Source of the DNA: an uncultured bacterium
GTDB lineage: Bacteria; Verrucomicrobiota; Verrucomicrobiia; Limisphaerales; UBA8199
NCBI GenBank assembly: GCA_963749495.1
Contig: CAVVMW010000010.1
Span: 352,001-416,000 of the forward strand
Direction: 5' to 3'
DNA: 64,000 bases
The position numbers were made by a program, and so were the translations under genes. Every line of letters begins with the position of its first letter. Position 1 is the first letter of the stretch. Below the pieces are notes generated by a model, which had not been told where the DNA came from, did no database searches, and worked only from the letters and a program-made list of their open reading frames with translations. This document shows, piece by piece, positions 1-10,380 of the stretch.

Positions 1-44
1 ACGCCATCCGCGAGGACCACTTGGATTTTGGCATCATCCCCTGA
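1..44 (+). CDS. 3' end of a CDS entering from the window edge (…AIREDHLDFGIIP*)
   Basis: Open frame ending in TGA at 42-44, 4 bp before the ATG at 49; too short to identify. Confidence 0.45.
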   Translation, partial: AIREDHLDFGIIP

Positions 45-48
45 GCCT

Positions 49-990
49 ATGCCTGACCGCGAAACTGGCTTCATCGAATTGACCGGGACCACGCGCATCG
101 TCTTCGCCGCAGGTGTCTGGAAAGGCCAGTCGCGCGGCAGCATTCGCAAGTTCGTCACGACGCAGAGGTACACCGGCCCCACCAAATCCGGCCTCTCTCT
201 CGGCAGCCCGCTCCTCGTCGAATTGCTCACCGCCGTCCGCAAGCTCGAGGCAACCCTGCCGGCCCAAGGCGAAACCCTCCTTGCCACCGTCGGAAAAACG
301 AAGGACTGGGAAATCCGCATCACCCTTATCCCCCCCGACGCAGAGAGCAGCCTGCCCAGCCTCGACATCCGCGAATTCGTTGATACCCCCCGCTACACCG
401 GCCCGACGAAGGCAGGTGTCCGTTTCCCCTGGGACAAACTGAGGCGGTTCGCCGGGCTGCTTGAAACCCTCGCCCAAGACCTCGGCGCTGCTGTCAAAGC
501 AGAGGCTACCCTCTTCCCCGAAGTCCAACCTGACTGGGTCAAGGAAGCCGCCGACAAAGACAAGACCGGCCCCGAGCACCAGCCGGCCATGCAGGGCTTT
601 GACGTTGCCAACTTGAAGGACTTCCCCAGGGACTTCTTGCCCAACGGAACGATGGAGGCCGCACAACTCAAGCTCCCGGACGACCCCCTGTTCATCGCTC
701 AGGACCATGACGGTCATTTCTTCGTCGCCAGTGATTCCGGCTTTCACCAGGTAGTGCGGAACGAAGTTGAAGGCAAGTTCTTGCTCTACGCCCACCACCG
801 CGGCCAGCGCGACCTGGACCTCCCAAAGGAAATGTTCAAGGTTTTCAGCACCGTTGCCGGGTACGAAAAATACTGCCGCGAGCTGCGCCAAAAGCTCGTC
901 CGCACCCTCGAAGCCCGCTGCCGCAGCCACCAACTCGCCGAACTCATGGCCCGCCAGACCTTCGAAGCCCACGGCCTGCCCGTCTGCTAA
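49..990 (+). CDS. Protein with two tandem PC4/YdbC-like ssDNA-binding domains plus an unknown C-terminal domain
   Basis: Internal repeat SIRKFVTTQRYTGPTKSGLSL / LDIREFVDTPRYTGPTKAGVRF resembles the PC4 (p15) signature xDIRxF…PTKKGI; ATG at 49. Confidence 0.65.
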   Translation: MPDRETGFIELTGTTRIVFAAGVWKGQSRGSIRKFVTTQRYTGPTKSGLSLGSPLLVELLTAVRKLEATLPAQGETLLATVGKTKDWEIRITLIPPDAESSLPSLDIREFVDTPRYTGPTKAGVRFPWDKLRRFAGLLETLAQDLGAAVKAEATLFPEVQPDWVKEAADKDKTGPEHQPAMQGFDVANLKDFPRDFLPNGTMEAAQLKLPDDPLFIAQDHDGHFFVASDSGFHQVVRNEVEGKFLLYAHHRGQRDLDLPKEMFKVFSTVAGYEKYCRELRQKLVRTLEARCRSHQLAELMARQTFEAHGLPVC

Positions 991-1065
991 CCAGCACCTC
1001 CGATGCCAGTCCTCTACCAGCACCAGAACCCAGTCCCAAACACGCCGGTTCCAAACGCTTGTCAC

Positions 1066-1133
1066 GACCTTCGTCGCGGGCTTTGTCGAAGAAGGCCAAG
1101 CCGGCAAAGGCTGCGACAAGGGTTGCGACGAAG
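1066..1133. repeat. CTTTGTCG/CGACAAAG palindromic repeat (degenerate copy)
   Basis: Same family as the copies at about 20467, 22936 and 31643. Confidence 0.6.
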
Positions 1134-1341
1134 CTTTGCTTTTGGCGGCGTCTTGGCACAGGCCCCCAATAGACCAGCCTGTGCAAATCTCCACACCACG
1201 CCGCCGCCCTGCGCCCGGGGAGCCCGGCACTGAGGCAGGCTAATTCCTGTCAAAATCCCGGCTTAGCCTGCGTCCCGGCCCGCTTCGCTCGTTGGCATCG
1301 CTCCTGCTTAACCGTCTTTGCGGGCTGGACGGTCAAGAAGG

Positions 1342-1542
1342 GGGCCGTTGACAAAGTTGTAGCGCAGGTTTCCAAACCTGCTGTATCGCCGATTTCCAAT
1401 CGGCAGGGCGTCGGCATGTCGAGCGCCCCCGGTCTGCGGACGGCCTGCGGGTTTGGAAACCCGCGATACAGCAGGTTTGGAAACCTGCGCTACGCTGGCG
1501 CCCCTGGCGCACAGGCGCGCCGAGCGACTTTGTCAATGGCCC
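1342..1542. mobile_element. MITE with 16-bp TIRs enclosing a REP-like palindrome
   Basis: TIRs gggccgttgacaaagt (1342-1357) / actttgtcaatggccc (1527-1542); flanking near-duplication cggtcaagaag (1330-1340) / cggtcacgaag (1545-1555); inner IR gtagcgcaggtttccaaacctgctgtatcgc…gcgatacagcaggtttggaaacctgcgctac. Confidence 0.7.
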
Positions 1543-1735
1543 TGCGGTCACGAAGGGGCATGCGAGAACGAAGCTTGTGAAAAAGGACATTGAGTCATGC
1601 GCCAATGGCAGCCGATGGCGGGTGTCTCGGAGGCATCCTCGGCGCAGAGCGGTTGGTCGTATGGTTTCCCTCGCGCCGGGGCCCGGCCCCGAACCGATGA
1701 AGCTGTTGTCCCGACGGCGCCTGAAACGCGAGCGC

Positions 1736-2074
1736 ATGAAGAAGATCGAAGCGATCATTAAGCCGTTCACATTGGATGAGGTGAGGGCCTGCCTGGTGGA
1801 GTTGGGCATCCAAGGCATGACCGTCAGCGAGGTCAGGGACTTCGTGCGCCCGAAAGGCCACGAGGAGACCCATCACGGCAGCGAGTCCAGCGTCGGTTTT
1901 GCGCCCCAGATCAAGATTGAGACAGTGGTTCCTGCTCACCTGGCCGAGGCGGCAGTTGAGGCCATCCTCGCCGCCGCCCAAACCAAACCGATTGGGGACG
2001 GCAAGGTCTTCATCAGCGATATCGACGATGCGGTCCGGATTCGCACCGCGGAGAGAGGGGCCAGGGCTTTATGA
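1736..2074 (+). CDS. glnB: P-II family nitrogen regulatory protein, degenerate T-loop
   Basis: 112 aa, colinear with GlnB: MKKIEAIIKPF…GMTVSEV…IGDGKVF…VRIRT. Confidence 0.85.
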   Translation: MKKIEAIIKPFTLDEVRACLVELGIQGMTVSEVRDFVRPKGHEETHHGSESSVGFAPQIKIETVVPAHLAEAAVEAILAAAQTKPIGDGKVFISDIDDAVRIRTAERGARAL

Positions 2075-2263
2075 GTTTCTCATAGCTTTCTCAAGAGCGG
2101 CCCGCCATCCACTTGCCGACCAAAGGGCGGCCTGGGCCTGTTCCGGGTTCTCCCAGCCCGCGCCCGCCCGAAAGTCCTTCACCGGCACCAGGCAACCATC
2201 TTCGAACCCAGCCGTTTGCCTGCTCTCCATAGCCGCACTTGTTGTTGTCATCCAAAGCTGTAT

Positions 2264-2358
2264 CTAGCGAGGCTGGGCCTCAGACCGTGGCTCGGGCATC
2301 CTGCCCAAGCCCCCACGGGCAGGATGCCCGTGCCACAAACTTGACCTGTCTGCATCAC
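2264..2358. repeat. Palindromic repeat (gggcatcctgccc family)
   Basis: Near-identical inverted copy at about 19249-19344. Confidence 0.7.
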
Positions 2359-2497
2359 CTTTTGAAATTCAAGGACTCTAGCGCCCGGCTCAGCAGCACA
2401 AAATGGGGTGAAACCCGCATCGGGGCGCAAATCAATCCTCGACACTCGACCCTCGTCCCTCGACCCTCGGCGCGCGGAAACCTGACAAACCACAACT

Positions 2498-3727
2498 ATG
2501 TTCCAACCCCACTTTGAGCAACTGCCCGGCGCGCGGATCTTTGCGGGAGCGGGCCCGGCCGTGGTGGCGGAAGCGGCCCAGGCCACGGGCATGGATCGCG
2601 CGGCCGTGCTCGAGGCCGTCACACGCACACTGCTGGTCAAGAAGGGCGTTGATTGGGTCAACCCCATCCTGGGTGAGTACATGGGCCTGTATGCGGATTC
2701 CCTCGCCACCTTCGTGCCGGTGTGGGATAGCCAGTCCGGCCAATTCGCCGCCCACGGCGCCTTGTTTCAGTCCGCCCGGTTTCCCGCCGTCGGTTTGGTC
2801 GCCCACATCCGGACCGGCGAGCGATTCCAAGGGCGGGGTCTGGGAACCCGTGTGGTCGAGCAAGTGGTGCGGGCAGGATTCGCCAACGGTGCGGAGGTCA
2901 TCGCCCTGGCTACGGATGACAAACTGCTGCGCCTCCGGCAAGGGGAGCGGGCCGCCAACCGCCTCTACTCCCGCATCGGCTTCACGGTCCTGGCTGAGAA
3001 GACGCTGTCCGACACGGTGGATTGGCTGATGGCCATTGACCGCCCCGTGTTCGAGCAGGTCCAGCAGTCCAGGCGGGGCAGGGGGGGCAGGCTGCCGGAG
3101 CCGGCGCCCGAGCGCGTTCGGAAACTCCAGGAGAACCTGGCGGCGTCCACCCGTGCCCGCTTGGGCCGGCTGGGCCGCGAGCACCGAATCGAGCCGGTGC
3201 GCGACGGGGACCTGGCCGCCCTGTTCCTGCTCCTGACCTTGTGCCCGCCGGAGGATTTCAGCCTCAAACTCAGCGCCTGGGATGTCCACCACGGCCCCGA
3301 GTTGGAGCGCTCGTTCGTCATGCGGGTGCGTTCGGCACTCGGGGACCAGGACCGCCTCGAGGACGCCTCGCTCGCGCTGCGAGAGGCTGATGGGTGCATC
3401 GCGGCGGTTTGCGCGGCTAGCCAGGAGGCGCCGTTCACACGCAGGACATTCCGGATGGACTTCTACTGCCTGCCGGAGCTGCTTCGGCGCAACGCTCCGG
3501 CGGTGAGGAAACTCGTGCGCCAAACCGTCCGGCGAATCGAATCCTCACCGGGCGTCTCGCGTCCCTGCCGCCTGGCGTTCTGGGGATTGGACGAGGCCAA
3601 GATCGCCCTCTTTCAGGGCCTGGGGTTTGTTCCGACCGGCAATAAGTGTCCCCTTTTCAGTCCGGGGGGAGGCTTGGTGTTCGAGGCAAGGGAGTTCGTC
3701 CGGAGCCTCGGAACGGCAAGGGAATGA
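2498..3727 (+). CDS. GNAT family N-acetyltransferase (probably two GNAT domains)
   Basis: Acetyl-CoA motif A FQGRGLG, then AANRLYSRIGF; second degenerate motif IALFQGLGF. Confidence 0.75.
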   Translation: MFQPHFEQLPGARIFAGAGPAVVAEAAQATGMDRAAVLEAVTRTLLVKKGVDWVNPILGEYMGLYADSLATFVPVWDSQSGQFAAHGALFQSARFPAVGLVAHIRTGERFQGRGLGTRVVEQVVRAGFANGAEVIALATDDKLLRLRQGERAANRLYSRIGFTVLAEKTLSDTVDWLMAIDRPVFEQVQQSRRGRGGRLPEPAPERVRKLQENLAASTRARLGRLGREHRIEPVRDGDLAALFLLLTLCPPEDFSLKLSAWDVHHGPELERSFVMRVRSALGDQDRLEDASLALREADGCIAAVCAASQEAPFTRRTFRMDFYCLPELLRRNAPAVRKLVRQTVRRIESSPGVSRPCRLAFWGLDEAKIALFQGLGFVPTGNKCPLFSPGGGLVFEAREFVRSLGTARE

Positions 3728-3821
3728 GGCTCTCCGGAAAGAGGCAAAATCATTGTTGGCAGAATCCTGAAAAGGGGTCTTCCGCGCATGATTCTGCCGA
3801 CAATGATTTTGCCACCGCCTC

Positions 3822-5687
3822 TCAATTGGCCTCGCACTCGATCGCGGTCGCCGAGAGGCGCGGCAAGCTCACCGTGTTCTGCGAGACCGGCACCGGGACT
3901 ACCTTCAACCGCTCGGGCGTTTGCCAGTGGTTGATCACATCCGGCTGGCCCCTGTCGAGCGTGTCGCACAGCGCCTCGGCCGCCACCACGCGCGCGCCCT
4001 GGGCGAAACCGTTGAATCCGACGCTCAGGTCCACCGGCTCAGGCCGGAGATTGACGGCGAAGACGACCGCAGCCTTCTTGTCATGGGCGCCGCAGGCAAC
4101 CAGGTCCACGCGGTCGCTGAGTTGCTCGATCCACAGCGGGAGCGGCTTGGCATGGTGCGAGTAGAGGGCCATGGCATAAAAGCTGGCGCGCTTGAGCACG
4201 CCCGTGCCCGATACACCCGTCTCGATGATGGCGCCGCAGAAACTGTTGGCCAGGTTCGAGCGGCACCCGATCTTGACCTTGTCCGAATGGCGCATCATCA
4301 GGTTGAGGTAGCGCGCGTTCCACAGCGCCGCCTCCAGCGTCGGCTGTTTGCCGCGTCCCAATCCCCACGAACCCGCATCGATATTCCATTCCGTCACGGC
4401 CATCCGGATGCGCCCGCAGCCCGGGGTGTGATCGATCATCCGGGCGATGCTCTCAAAGTCCCGCTCGCATTCCGCCAAGTCGGTCGTGTAATGGTGCGGA
4501 CAGACGAAATCAATGTCCTTGCCCACCCGGTCGAGCAGCCGCTGCGTGGGAAACGAGGTCATCAACAGCGCCTTGGGGTCCGCCTTCTTCATCGCGGCGA
4601 TGAACTCGGCGATGCGGTTCAGGTAGCCGGGGTTGTTGCCGCTGATCTCGTTGCCCACCTGCCAGTACTGGACGTGGTACGGCGCCGGGTGGCCGTTGGC
4701 GGCGCGTTTGGCCCCCCAGGGGGTCGTCGTGTCGCCGTTGCAATATTCCACCAGGTCGGCGGCGCTCTGGACGCCGTCCGCAAAGCTGATGCACACCAGC
4801 GGCTCGGACTCGGTCAACTCGCAGAACTGGCAGAACTCGTCGATGCCGACGTCATTGGGATCGAGCCTGCCCCAATTCTCGTTGAGCCAGGGCGTGCGCA
4901 GGTCGCGGTCGCCGACGCCGTTTTTCCACCTGTAATGGCCCGGGTCCACCGTTGAGCCGCCCCAGCGGATGATAGCCGGGCGGACCTCTTGGATGGCCCG
5001 GACCACGTCCCGGCGCCACCCTTGCAGGTTGTCCTCGGGCATGAGCGACAGTTTGTCCGCCCAGAGGCTGCCCTGGCCCTCGGCGCTCAGCTCGAAGACC
5101 GCCTGGCCGGTCCGGCCCGCAGAGACCATTCGGACCGAGTACTTCTTCCATTGCTCCGAGGGCGCCGGTAGTTCCGCCGAGGCCAAGGTCATCCACTCTC
5201 CCGTCGGCAGCAGGAACTTAAGCCGGACTGCGGCCTTGACCCCGCCCTCGGCGCGCAGGTAGCCACAGAAGGCGTAAGTCATGCCCTTCTTCACGCCCAG
5301 GCCCGATTGAGTCAAGCGCGCGGCCTGCGGCCCGGCGTTGAGCCGCGCGCTCCGGGCCCCGTTAAAGGGATTTCCGCTATCCAGGGTCCAGGTGGCGTTG
5401 GTGTCCCACTGCCGATCGCAGATATCGAGCGACCCATCGTAGTAACACCAGTTGGCCGCAGGCACTACGCCCTCGAAGGAACGGTCGTTGAGCAACTCGG
5501 CCCACATCCCGGGCGTCACGTCATCGAGCAACTCGATGAAATTGCCGAACAACTTGGGCTCGATCCGCCCGGCGTGGAGCGGTTGAGAGTGGAGGATGGT
5601 GTCAACCTTTGCAGGTTGGGACTCAGCTCGGAGGACGGGCAGCGCAAAAGCGAGCGTCCAAAGGGTCAGGCTAATCAACCGCTTCAT
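3822..5687 (-). CDS. Secreted GH51 alpha-L-arabinofuranosidase family protein with CBM4/9-like insert
   Basis: Signal peptide MKRLISLTLW…; motifs FGNFIE, IRWGG, YWQVGNE, VTEWN. Confidence 0.85.
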   Translation of the reverse strand: MKRLISLTLWTLAFALPVLRAESQPAKVDTILHSQPLHAGRIEPKLFGNFIELLDDVTPGMWAELLNDRSFEGVVPAANWCYYDGSLDICDRQWDTNATWTLDSGNPFNGARSARLNAGPQAARLTQSGLGVKKGMTYAFCGYLRAEGGVKAAVRLKFLLPTGEWMTLASAELPAPSEQWKKYSVRMVSAGRTGQAVFELSAEGQGSLWADKLSLMPEDNLQGWRRDVVRAIQEVRPAIIRWGGSTVDPGHYRWKNGVGDRDLRTPWLNENWGRLDPNDVGIDEFCQFCELTESEPLVCISFADGVQSAADLVEYCNGDTTTPWGAKRAANGHPAPYHVQYWQVGNEISGNNPGYLNRIAEFIAAMKKADPKALLMTSFPTQRLLDRVGKDIDFVCPHHYTTDLAECERDFESIARMIDHTPGCGRIRMAVTEWNIDAGSWGLGRGKQPTLEAALWNARYLNLMMRHSDKVKIGCRSNLANSFCGAIIETGVSGTGVLKRASFYAMALYSHHAKPLPLWIEQLSDRVDLVACGAHDKKAAVVFAVNLRPEPVDLSVGFNGFAQGARVVAAEALCDTLDRGQPDVINHWQTPERLKVVPVPVSQNTVSLPRLSATAIECEAN

Positions 5688-5798
5688 GCCAGCCACTTAA
5701 CCAATTTCATCCGCCAAGTCGATTCAAAACCTGGGACAAGCGCGCCCGTCGGCCTCCCCCTGTAATCGGTCAGAACGCGGAAACGGAGTCCCCGGCGA

Positions 5799-5943
5799 AC
5801 CCCTCACCCCAGCCCTCTCCCCTTCCGAAGGGGAGAGGGAGGAGCACCGGCAGCCTCTGGGAATTTCAGGCGTCTCCGCCTTCCCAGGCCGCTAGCGACA
5901 ATTCTCCCTCTCCCCTCGGAGGGGAGAGGGTCGGGGTGAGGGG
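5799..5943. repeat. cccctcacccc…ggggtgagggg nested palindromic repeat
   Basis: Terminal IR cccctcaccccagccctctcccc / ggggagagggtcggggtgagggg; family also at 9466-9671, 17563-17666 and 63543-63583. Confidence 0.75.
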
Positions 5944-6063
5944 TCTGCCGGCCGTGTCGCCCCCGCCTTCATTGAGGCATTACTCCGCCCTGTGTTTCCT
6001 CCTTGCGGTTTGACCCCTTCGGTTCATATTGCGGCGCACAGAATGGTTACAGAGCTTCCGAGC

Positions 6064-9000
6064 ATGGCTGAGGGCGATCTCTTGCGCGAAGACCCGCCGC
6101 CTTACGGCGGTGGCACCCCGGCGCCCATCCAGAACTATCTGCGCAAGCTCGAACACGCTCTCAGACGCGGCGACGCGACGGAGCACACGCATCGACCGGC
6201 CCTCAAGGAATTGCTGGAGGCCCTGGACCCCGGCATCGTTGCGACCAATGAGCCGAAGCGTTCCGAGTGCGGCGCCCCCGATTTTGTCATCTCCCGCACG
6301 CGGGACGGAATTACCCTTGGCTACCTGGAGGCCAAGGACGTTGGGGCCGAACTCGGCAAGGAAGAGCGCGGGGAGCAACTCGGACGTTACCGGGCGGCGC
6401 TGCCTAATATGCTGCTGACCGACTACTTGGAATTCCGCTGGTTCGTGGATGGCGAGAAACGGGAGACGTTTCGGTTCGCAGAGGCGGGCGCCGGCGGCAG
6501 GCTGACACCTTTGGCCGCCGAAGAACTCGAACGGGCTCGATGCCTGCTCACGAGCTTCCTTTCACAGCGGCCGGTGGACATCGCCTCGGCCGAGGAGTTG
6601 GCCCGGCGGTTAGCGGGCCTGGCCCATCTGATTCGCGATGCCATCCTGCGGGCCTTCCAGACGCAACGGGCCTCGCAGCAACTGCGGGACTGGCGCCGGG
6701 CCTTCGCCGCCACCCTGCTGCCCGGATTGGCGCCGCAGGACAACCCCCTAGCGGAGGCCGAGGCCGTTAGTGAGTTCGCCGACATGTTCGCGCAAACGCT
6801 GGCTTATGGCTTGTTCAGCGCCCGCGTGGCCGGCGGGGCCGCCAAATTCACGCGCGACAAGGCGCAGAAGCTCATCCCCCGCACCAATCCGTTCCTCCGC
6901 GCTTTTTTCGAGCAGATCACCGGCGCGGCGATGGATGACGAGCCGTTCGCGGGCTACGTCGAGGATCTCATCCAGAGGCTGGACCACGCCGACCTGTTTC
7001 ACATTCTTGAGGGCTTCGGCAAACGCGGGCCCCGCCGCGACCCGGTCCTGCACTTCTACGAAACCTTCCTCCAGGCATACGAGCCCAAATTGCGCGTACT
7101 GCGCGGGGTTTATTACACACCGGAGCCCGTGGTAAACTACATCGTCCAGAGCATCGATCGGCTGCTCAAGGCCAGGTTTGGCATCAAGGCGGGGCTGGCC
7201 GACCACTCGAAGGTGGAGGTCAAAGGCAAGGAGGGCGGCCCCGAAGCGGCCGAGCAGACTCACCGCGTGCTCATCCTCGACCCCGCAACGGGCACGGCGA
7301 CATTCCTTTACAGAGTGCTCGATTTCATCCGTTCCCAATTCAAGACGAGGAAGAACGCCGGCCAATGGGGCAGCTACGTTCACGAGCACCTCCTGCCGCG
7401 CCTCTTTGGCTTCGAGTTGCTCATGGCCCCCTACGCCGTCGCCCACTTCAAGCTTGGCCTGGCCCTGGCGGCGATGGATGAGGAACCGCTCTTCCGCCAG
7501 CAATGGAGCTACGAACCCCGCGCCAACGAGCGCCTGAATATCTTCCTCACCAATACGCTGGAGGACCTCGAGCACGCCGCCGAGCAACTCGGGCCGCTGC
7601 GCGCCTTGAGCGATGAGGCAAATTCCGCGTACCAAATCAAGAAGCACAAACCTGTCCTGGTCGTCCTGGGCAATCCTCCTTACTCCGGCCACAGCGCCAA
7701 CAAGGGCCAGTGGATTTCCAAACTCGTTCGTGACTACTACTTCTGCGATGGCCAGCCTTTGGGCGAGCGCAATCCAAAGTGGCTGCAAAACGATTACGTC
7801 AAGTTCATCCGCTGGGGCCAATGGCGCATCCAGCAGACCGGCCAGGGCATCCTCGCCTTCATTACCAGCAACAGCTACCTCCAAAGCCCCACCTTCCGCG
7901 GCGTCCGCCAGAACCTGATGCGCGCCTTTGATGAGATTTACCTCCTTGACCTCCACGGCAACAGCAAGAAGAAGGAGCGCGTTCCGGGGACAAACCAGCC
8001 CGACAAGAACGTCTTCGATATAACCGAGGGCGTTGCCATCGGCATCTTCGTGAAGCTGCCAACAACGAAAGCCGACGACAAGGCCCCCGCCACCGTCCGC
8101 CACGCCGAGCTTTGGGGCGCGCAACGCCGGAAGAAATACGAATGGCTGGACGCCCACCAGGTCGAAGACACGAACTGGAGACCGTTGGAGCCAGTCCCCC
8201 CGCATTACCTCTTCATCCCCCAGGACACACGGTGTCTCAGAGAATACGAGCGCGGCTGGAAGGTGACCGACATGATGCCGGTGCACAGTCTAGGCATCGC
8301 CACAGGACGAGATCACTTCACGGTCGCCTTCACCTGCAAGGAGCTTCAAGATAGCCTTGCACGGTTTGTTGAGCTGGACACCGAAAAAGCCAGGGCGTGG
8401 TTTCGCTTGGGTCCCGACTCGAGGGACTGGCAAGTGAAACTGGCGCAAGACGACCTGGCGCGACACAATTGGAAGTTGGAGATCACACCACTTCTGTATC
8501 GTCCGTTTGATTGCCGGCAAACGTGCTACACCGGGAAGTCCCGTGGTTTTCACTGCATGGCGCGACAGGAGGTCATGCGTCACTTTTTTCAGAGCCTGCC
8601 GAACCTCGGTCTGTCCACCACGCGCTCGGTTGAAATCCGCGAGGGTTGGCATCATGTTTTCGCAACCAGGCAAATCACTCAACTGCACAGCGTCTCTATC
8701 AAGGAAGTCAATTATTTGTTCCCGCTGTACCTTTACCCAAACGGCAGGCTGCCGGAAAAGGACCTGTTCGCTCACGAGAACGAGCGCCGGCCCAATCTGA
8801 GCGCCGGATTCGTCCGCAACCTGTGCGGGAAGCTGCAAGTCAAGTTCGTGCCAGACGGTTTGGGCCGGCCCGGCAGGCGCGAAGTGGGGCCGGAGCTGAT
8901 TTTCCATTACGCGTACGCTGTGTTTCACAGCCCGGCCTATCGGAAGCGTTACTCGGAATTTCTGCGCGCGGACTTTCCCCGGCTCCCGCTGACTGGCAAT

Positions 9001-9393
9001 TTTGAGCTTTTTGTTGCCTTGGCCGGCATGGGAGGGGATTTGGTGGATTTGCACGCCAAGGGCAAAGGAGAGCCTCGGGGCCTCAATTACCCGGTCAAGG
9101 GGGGCAACGTCATCGAGGAGGTTCGTTACCAGCCGCCGCAAGGCAAGGAGCCCGGCCGCGTCTGGATCAATGACCGTCAGTACCTGGAGGGTGTTCCGGA
9201 ATCGGCGTGGACCTTTCCCATCGGCGGTTACCTCCCGGCGCAACGCTGGCTCAAGGACCGGATTGGACGCAGCCTGGGCTTTGAGGACCAGGCGGAATAT
9301 CAACGCATCGTGTGGGCGCTAATCCAGACGCAGCGTTTGATGGGCGAGATAGACGCCTGCATCAACCAGCAAGGCGGCTGGCCGCTCACGTGA
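6064..9393 (+). CDS. Single-polypeptide restriction-modification enzyme (Type ISP-like without helicase / Type IIG-IIL; m6A MTase + nuclease + TRD)
   Basis: N-terminal PD-(D/E)xK-like PDF…GYLEAKD; motif I ILDPATGTATF; motif IV LGNPPY; LlaBIII-like C-terminal specificity domain (YRPFD, YRKRYSEFLRADFPRLP, IGGYLPAQRWLKDR). Confidence 0.9.
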   Translation: MAEGDLLREDPPPYGGGTPAPIQNYLRKLEHALRRGDATEHTHRPALKELLEALDPGIVATNEPKRSECGAPDFVISRTRDGITLGYLEAKDVGAELGKEERGEQLGRYRAALPNMLLTDYLEFRWFVDGEKRETFRFAEAGAGGRLTPLAAEELERARCLLTSFLSQRPVDIASAEELARRLAGLAHLIRDAILRAFQTQRASQQLRDWRRAFAATLLPGLAPQDNPLAEAEAVSEFADMFAQTLAYGLFSARVAGGAAKFTRDKAQKLIPRTNPFLRAFFEQITGAAMDDEPFAGYVEDLIQRLDHADLFHILEGFGKRGPRRDPVLHFYETFLQAYEPKLRVLRGVYYTPEPVVNYIVQSIDRLLKARFGIKAGLADHSKVEVKGKEGGPEAAEQTHRVLILDPATGTATFLYRVLDFIRSQFKTRKNAGQWGSYVHEHLLPRLFGFELLMAPYAVAHFKLGLALAAMDEEPLFRQQWSYEPRANERLNIFLTNTLEDLEHAAEQLGPLRALSDEANSAYQIKKHKPVLVVLGNPPYSGHSANKGQWISKLVRDYYFCDGQPLGERNPKWLQNDYVKFIRWGQWRIQQTGQGILAFITSNSYLQSPTFRGVRQNLMRAFDEIYLLDLHGNSKKKERVPGTNQPDKNVFDITEGVAIGIFVKLPTTKADDKAPATVRHAELWGAQRRKKYEWLDAHQVEDTNWRPLEPVPPHYLFIPQDTRCLREYERGWKVTDMMPVHSLGIATGRDHFTVAFTCKELQDSLARFVELDTEKARAWFRLGPDSRDWQVKLAQDDLARHNWKLEITPLLYRPFDCRQTCYTGKSRGFHCMARQEVMRHFFQSLPNLGLSTTRSVEIREGWHHVFATRQITQLHSVSIKEVNYLFPLYLYPNGRLPEKDLFAHENERRPNLSAGFVRNLCGKLQVKFVPDGLGRPGRREVGPELIFHYAYAVFHSPAYRKRYSEFLRADFPRLPLTGNFELFVALAGMGGDLVDLHAKGKGEPRGLNYPVKGGNVIEEVRYQPPQGKEPGRVWINDRQYLEGVPESAWTFPIGGYLPAQRWLKDRIGRSLGFEDQAEYQRIVWALIQTQRLMGEIDACINQQGGWPLT

Positions 9394-9465
9394 GTCAGCG
9401 GGGGCAACCTGCCGTTGAGCGGGGCGCTAAGGCCTCAGTGAAGGCGGGGGGAGACGGCGGGCAGA

Positions 9466-9671
9466 CCCCTCACCCCGGCCCTCTCCCCTTCCAGGGGAGA
9501 GGGAGAATTCTCGGTAGCGGCTTGAGGGAGCGGTCGCGCTATGTAAGCTCGAGCGACTGCCGACGCTTCTCCCTCTCCCCAGCCGACTCACCGCGCTGCC
9601 GCGCCGCCCGCCGTGCTCGCGCACTGGCGCGGCAGGTCGCAGCGGGTGGGGAGAGGGCCGGGGTGAGGGGC
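9466..9671. repeat. cccctcacccc palindromic repeat with about 100-bp core shared with 17563-17666
   Basis: Core ccgcgctgccgcgccgcccgccgtgctcgcgcactggcgcggcaggtcgcagcgggtggggagagggccggggtgagggg is identical in both copies. Confidence 0.8.
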
Positions 9672-9716
9672 CGTCCGAAATCCTCGCCTGACAACCTTCC
9701 AAGTGCGAAAAAGATC

Positions 9717-9862
9717 GCAACTGTTCAGGTCACAGGGTGGGGCAGACCTCTGGTCTGCCTGTTGTCCGGGCCTCCGGCCCGGAGCTGGGCAAGGCAGCGA
9801 CACGGAGCCGGAGGCTCCGTGAACCGGCAGACCAGAGGTCTGCCCCACACCTGAACAGTTAC
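9717..9862. mobile_element. MITE (TIR g(t/c)aactgttcagg) carrying a ggggcagacctctggtctgcc palindrome
   Basis: TIRs gcaactgttcagg / cctgaacagttac; 8-bp flanks aaaagatc / aagagatc (7/8 match). Confidence 0.75.
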
Positions 9863-10100
9863 AAGAGATCAGGAGCATCCAGGCACCTCAAATCTCGTGC
9901 CAATCGAGCCAAGATAGAGAACGCGGAATAGGCCGAGTACGCGGAAGGCCTTAGGCCGTGTCTGGAGCAAAGGCAAAATCACGGATGGCAAAATCATCCG
10001 AAGGACGGTACAAGCCAAAATCGCTCTTGGGAGAATGTCGTCCATGATTTTGCCAACAATGATTCTGCTGTTTCCGCAGAGGCCCTTTCATGGCGCGGCC

Positions 10101-10315
10101 GGCAACGATCCCGCCAAGCTCGGAATGGCGGCGCGCCTGCGGAGGGAGACGACCCTTCCGATCAAGGTGATTGCAGCACGCCTCCATTTGGGAACCTCCA
10201 GGAGCGCCAATGTCCGCTTGCACGCGGCGATCCAAGGAGCTGTGCCCGCTGACCCAACCCAAGTCCACCTGGACCTATGAAAGAAGGCCCACCATGTTCA
10301 GGCTTGACGCCTTTC
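10101..10315 (+). pseudogene. 3' remnant of RAYT-like (Y1 HUH) transposase (C-terminal HTH) with terminal motif
   Basis: DPAKLGMAARLRRETTLPIKVIAARLHLGTSRSANVRL…HLDL*; followed by ggcttgacgcctttc (10301-10315); homologous to four other remnants in the window. Confidence 0.65.
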
Positions 10316-10380
10316 GTGCAAGGCGTGTCAGATGATCTTGACTCACTCGGCTTGGACAAAGGGGGCGAAGGCGAAAGTTA

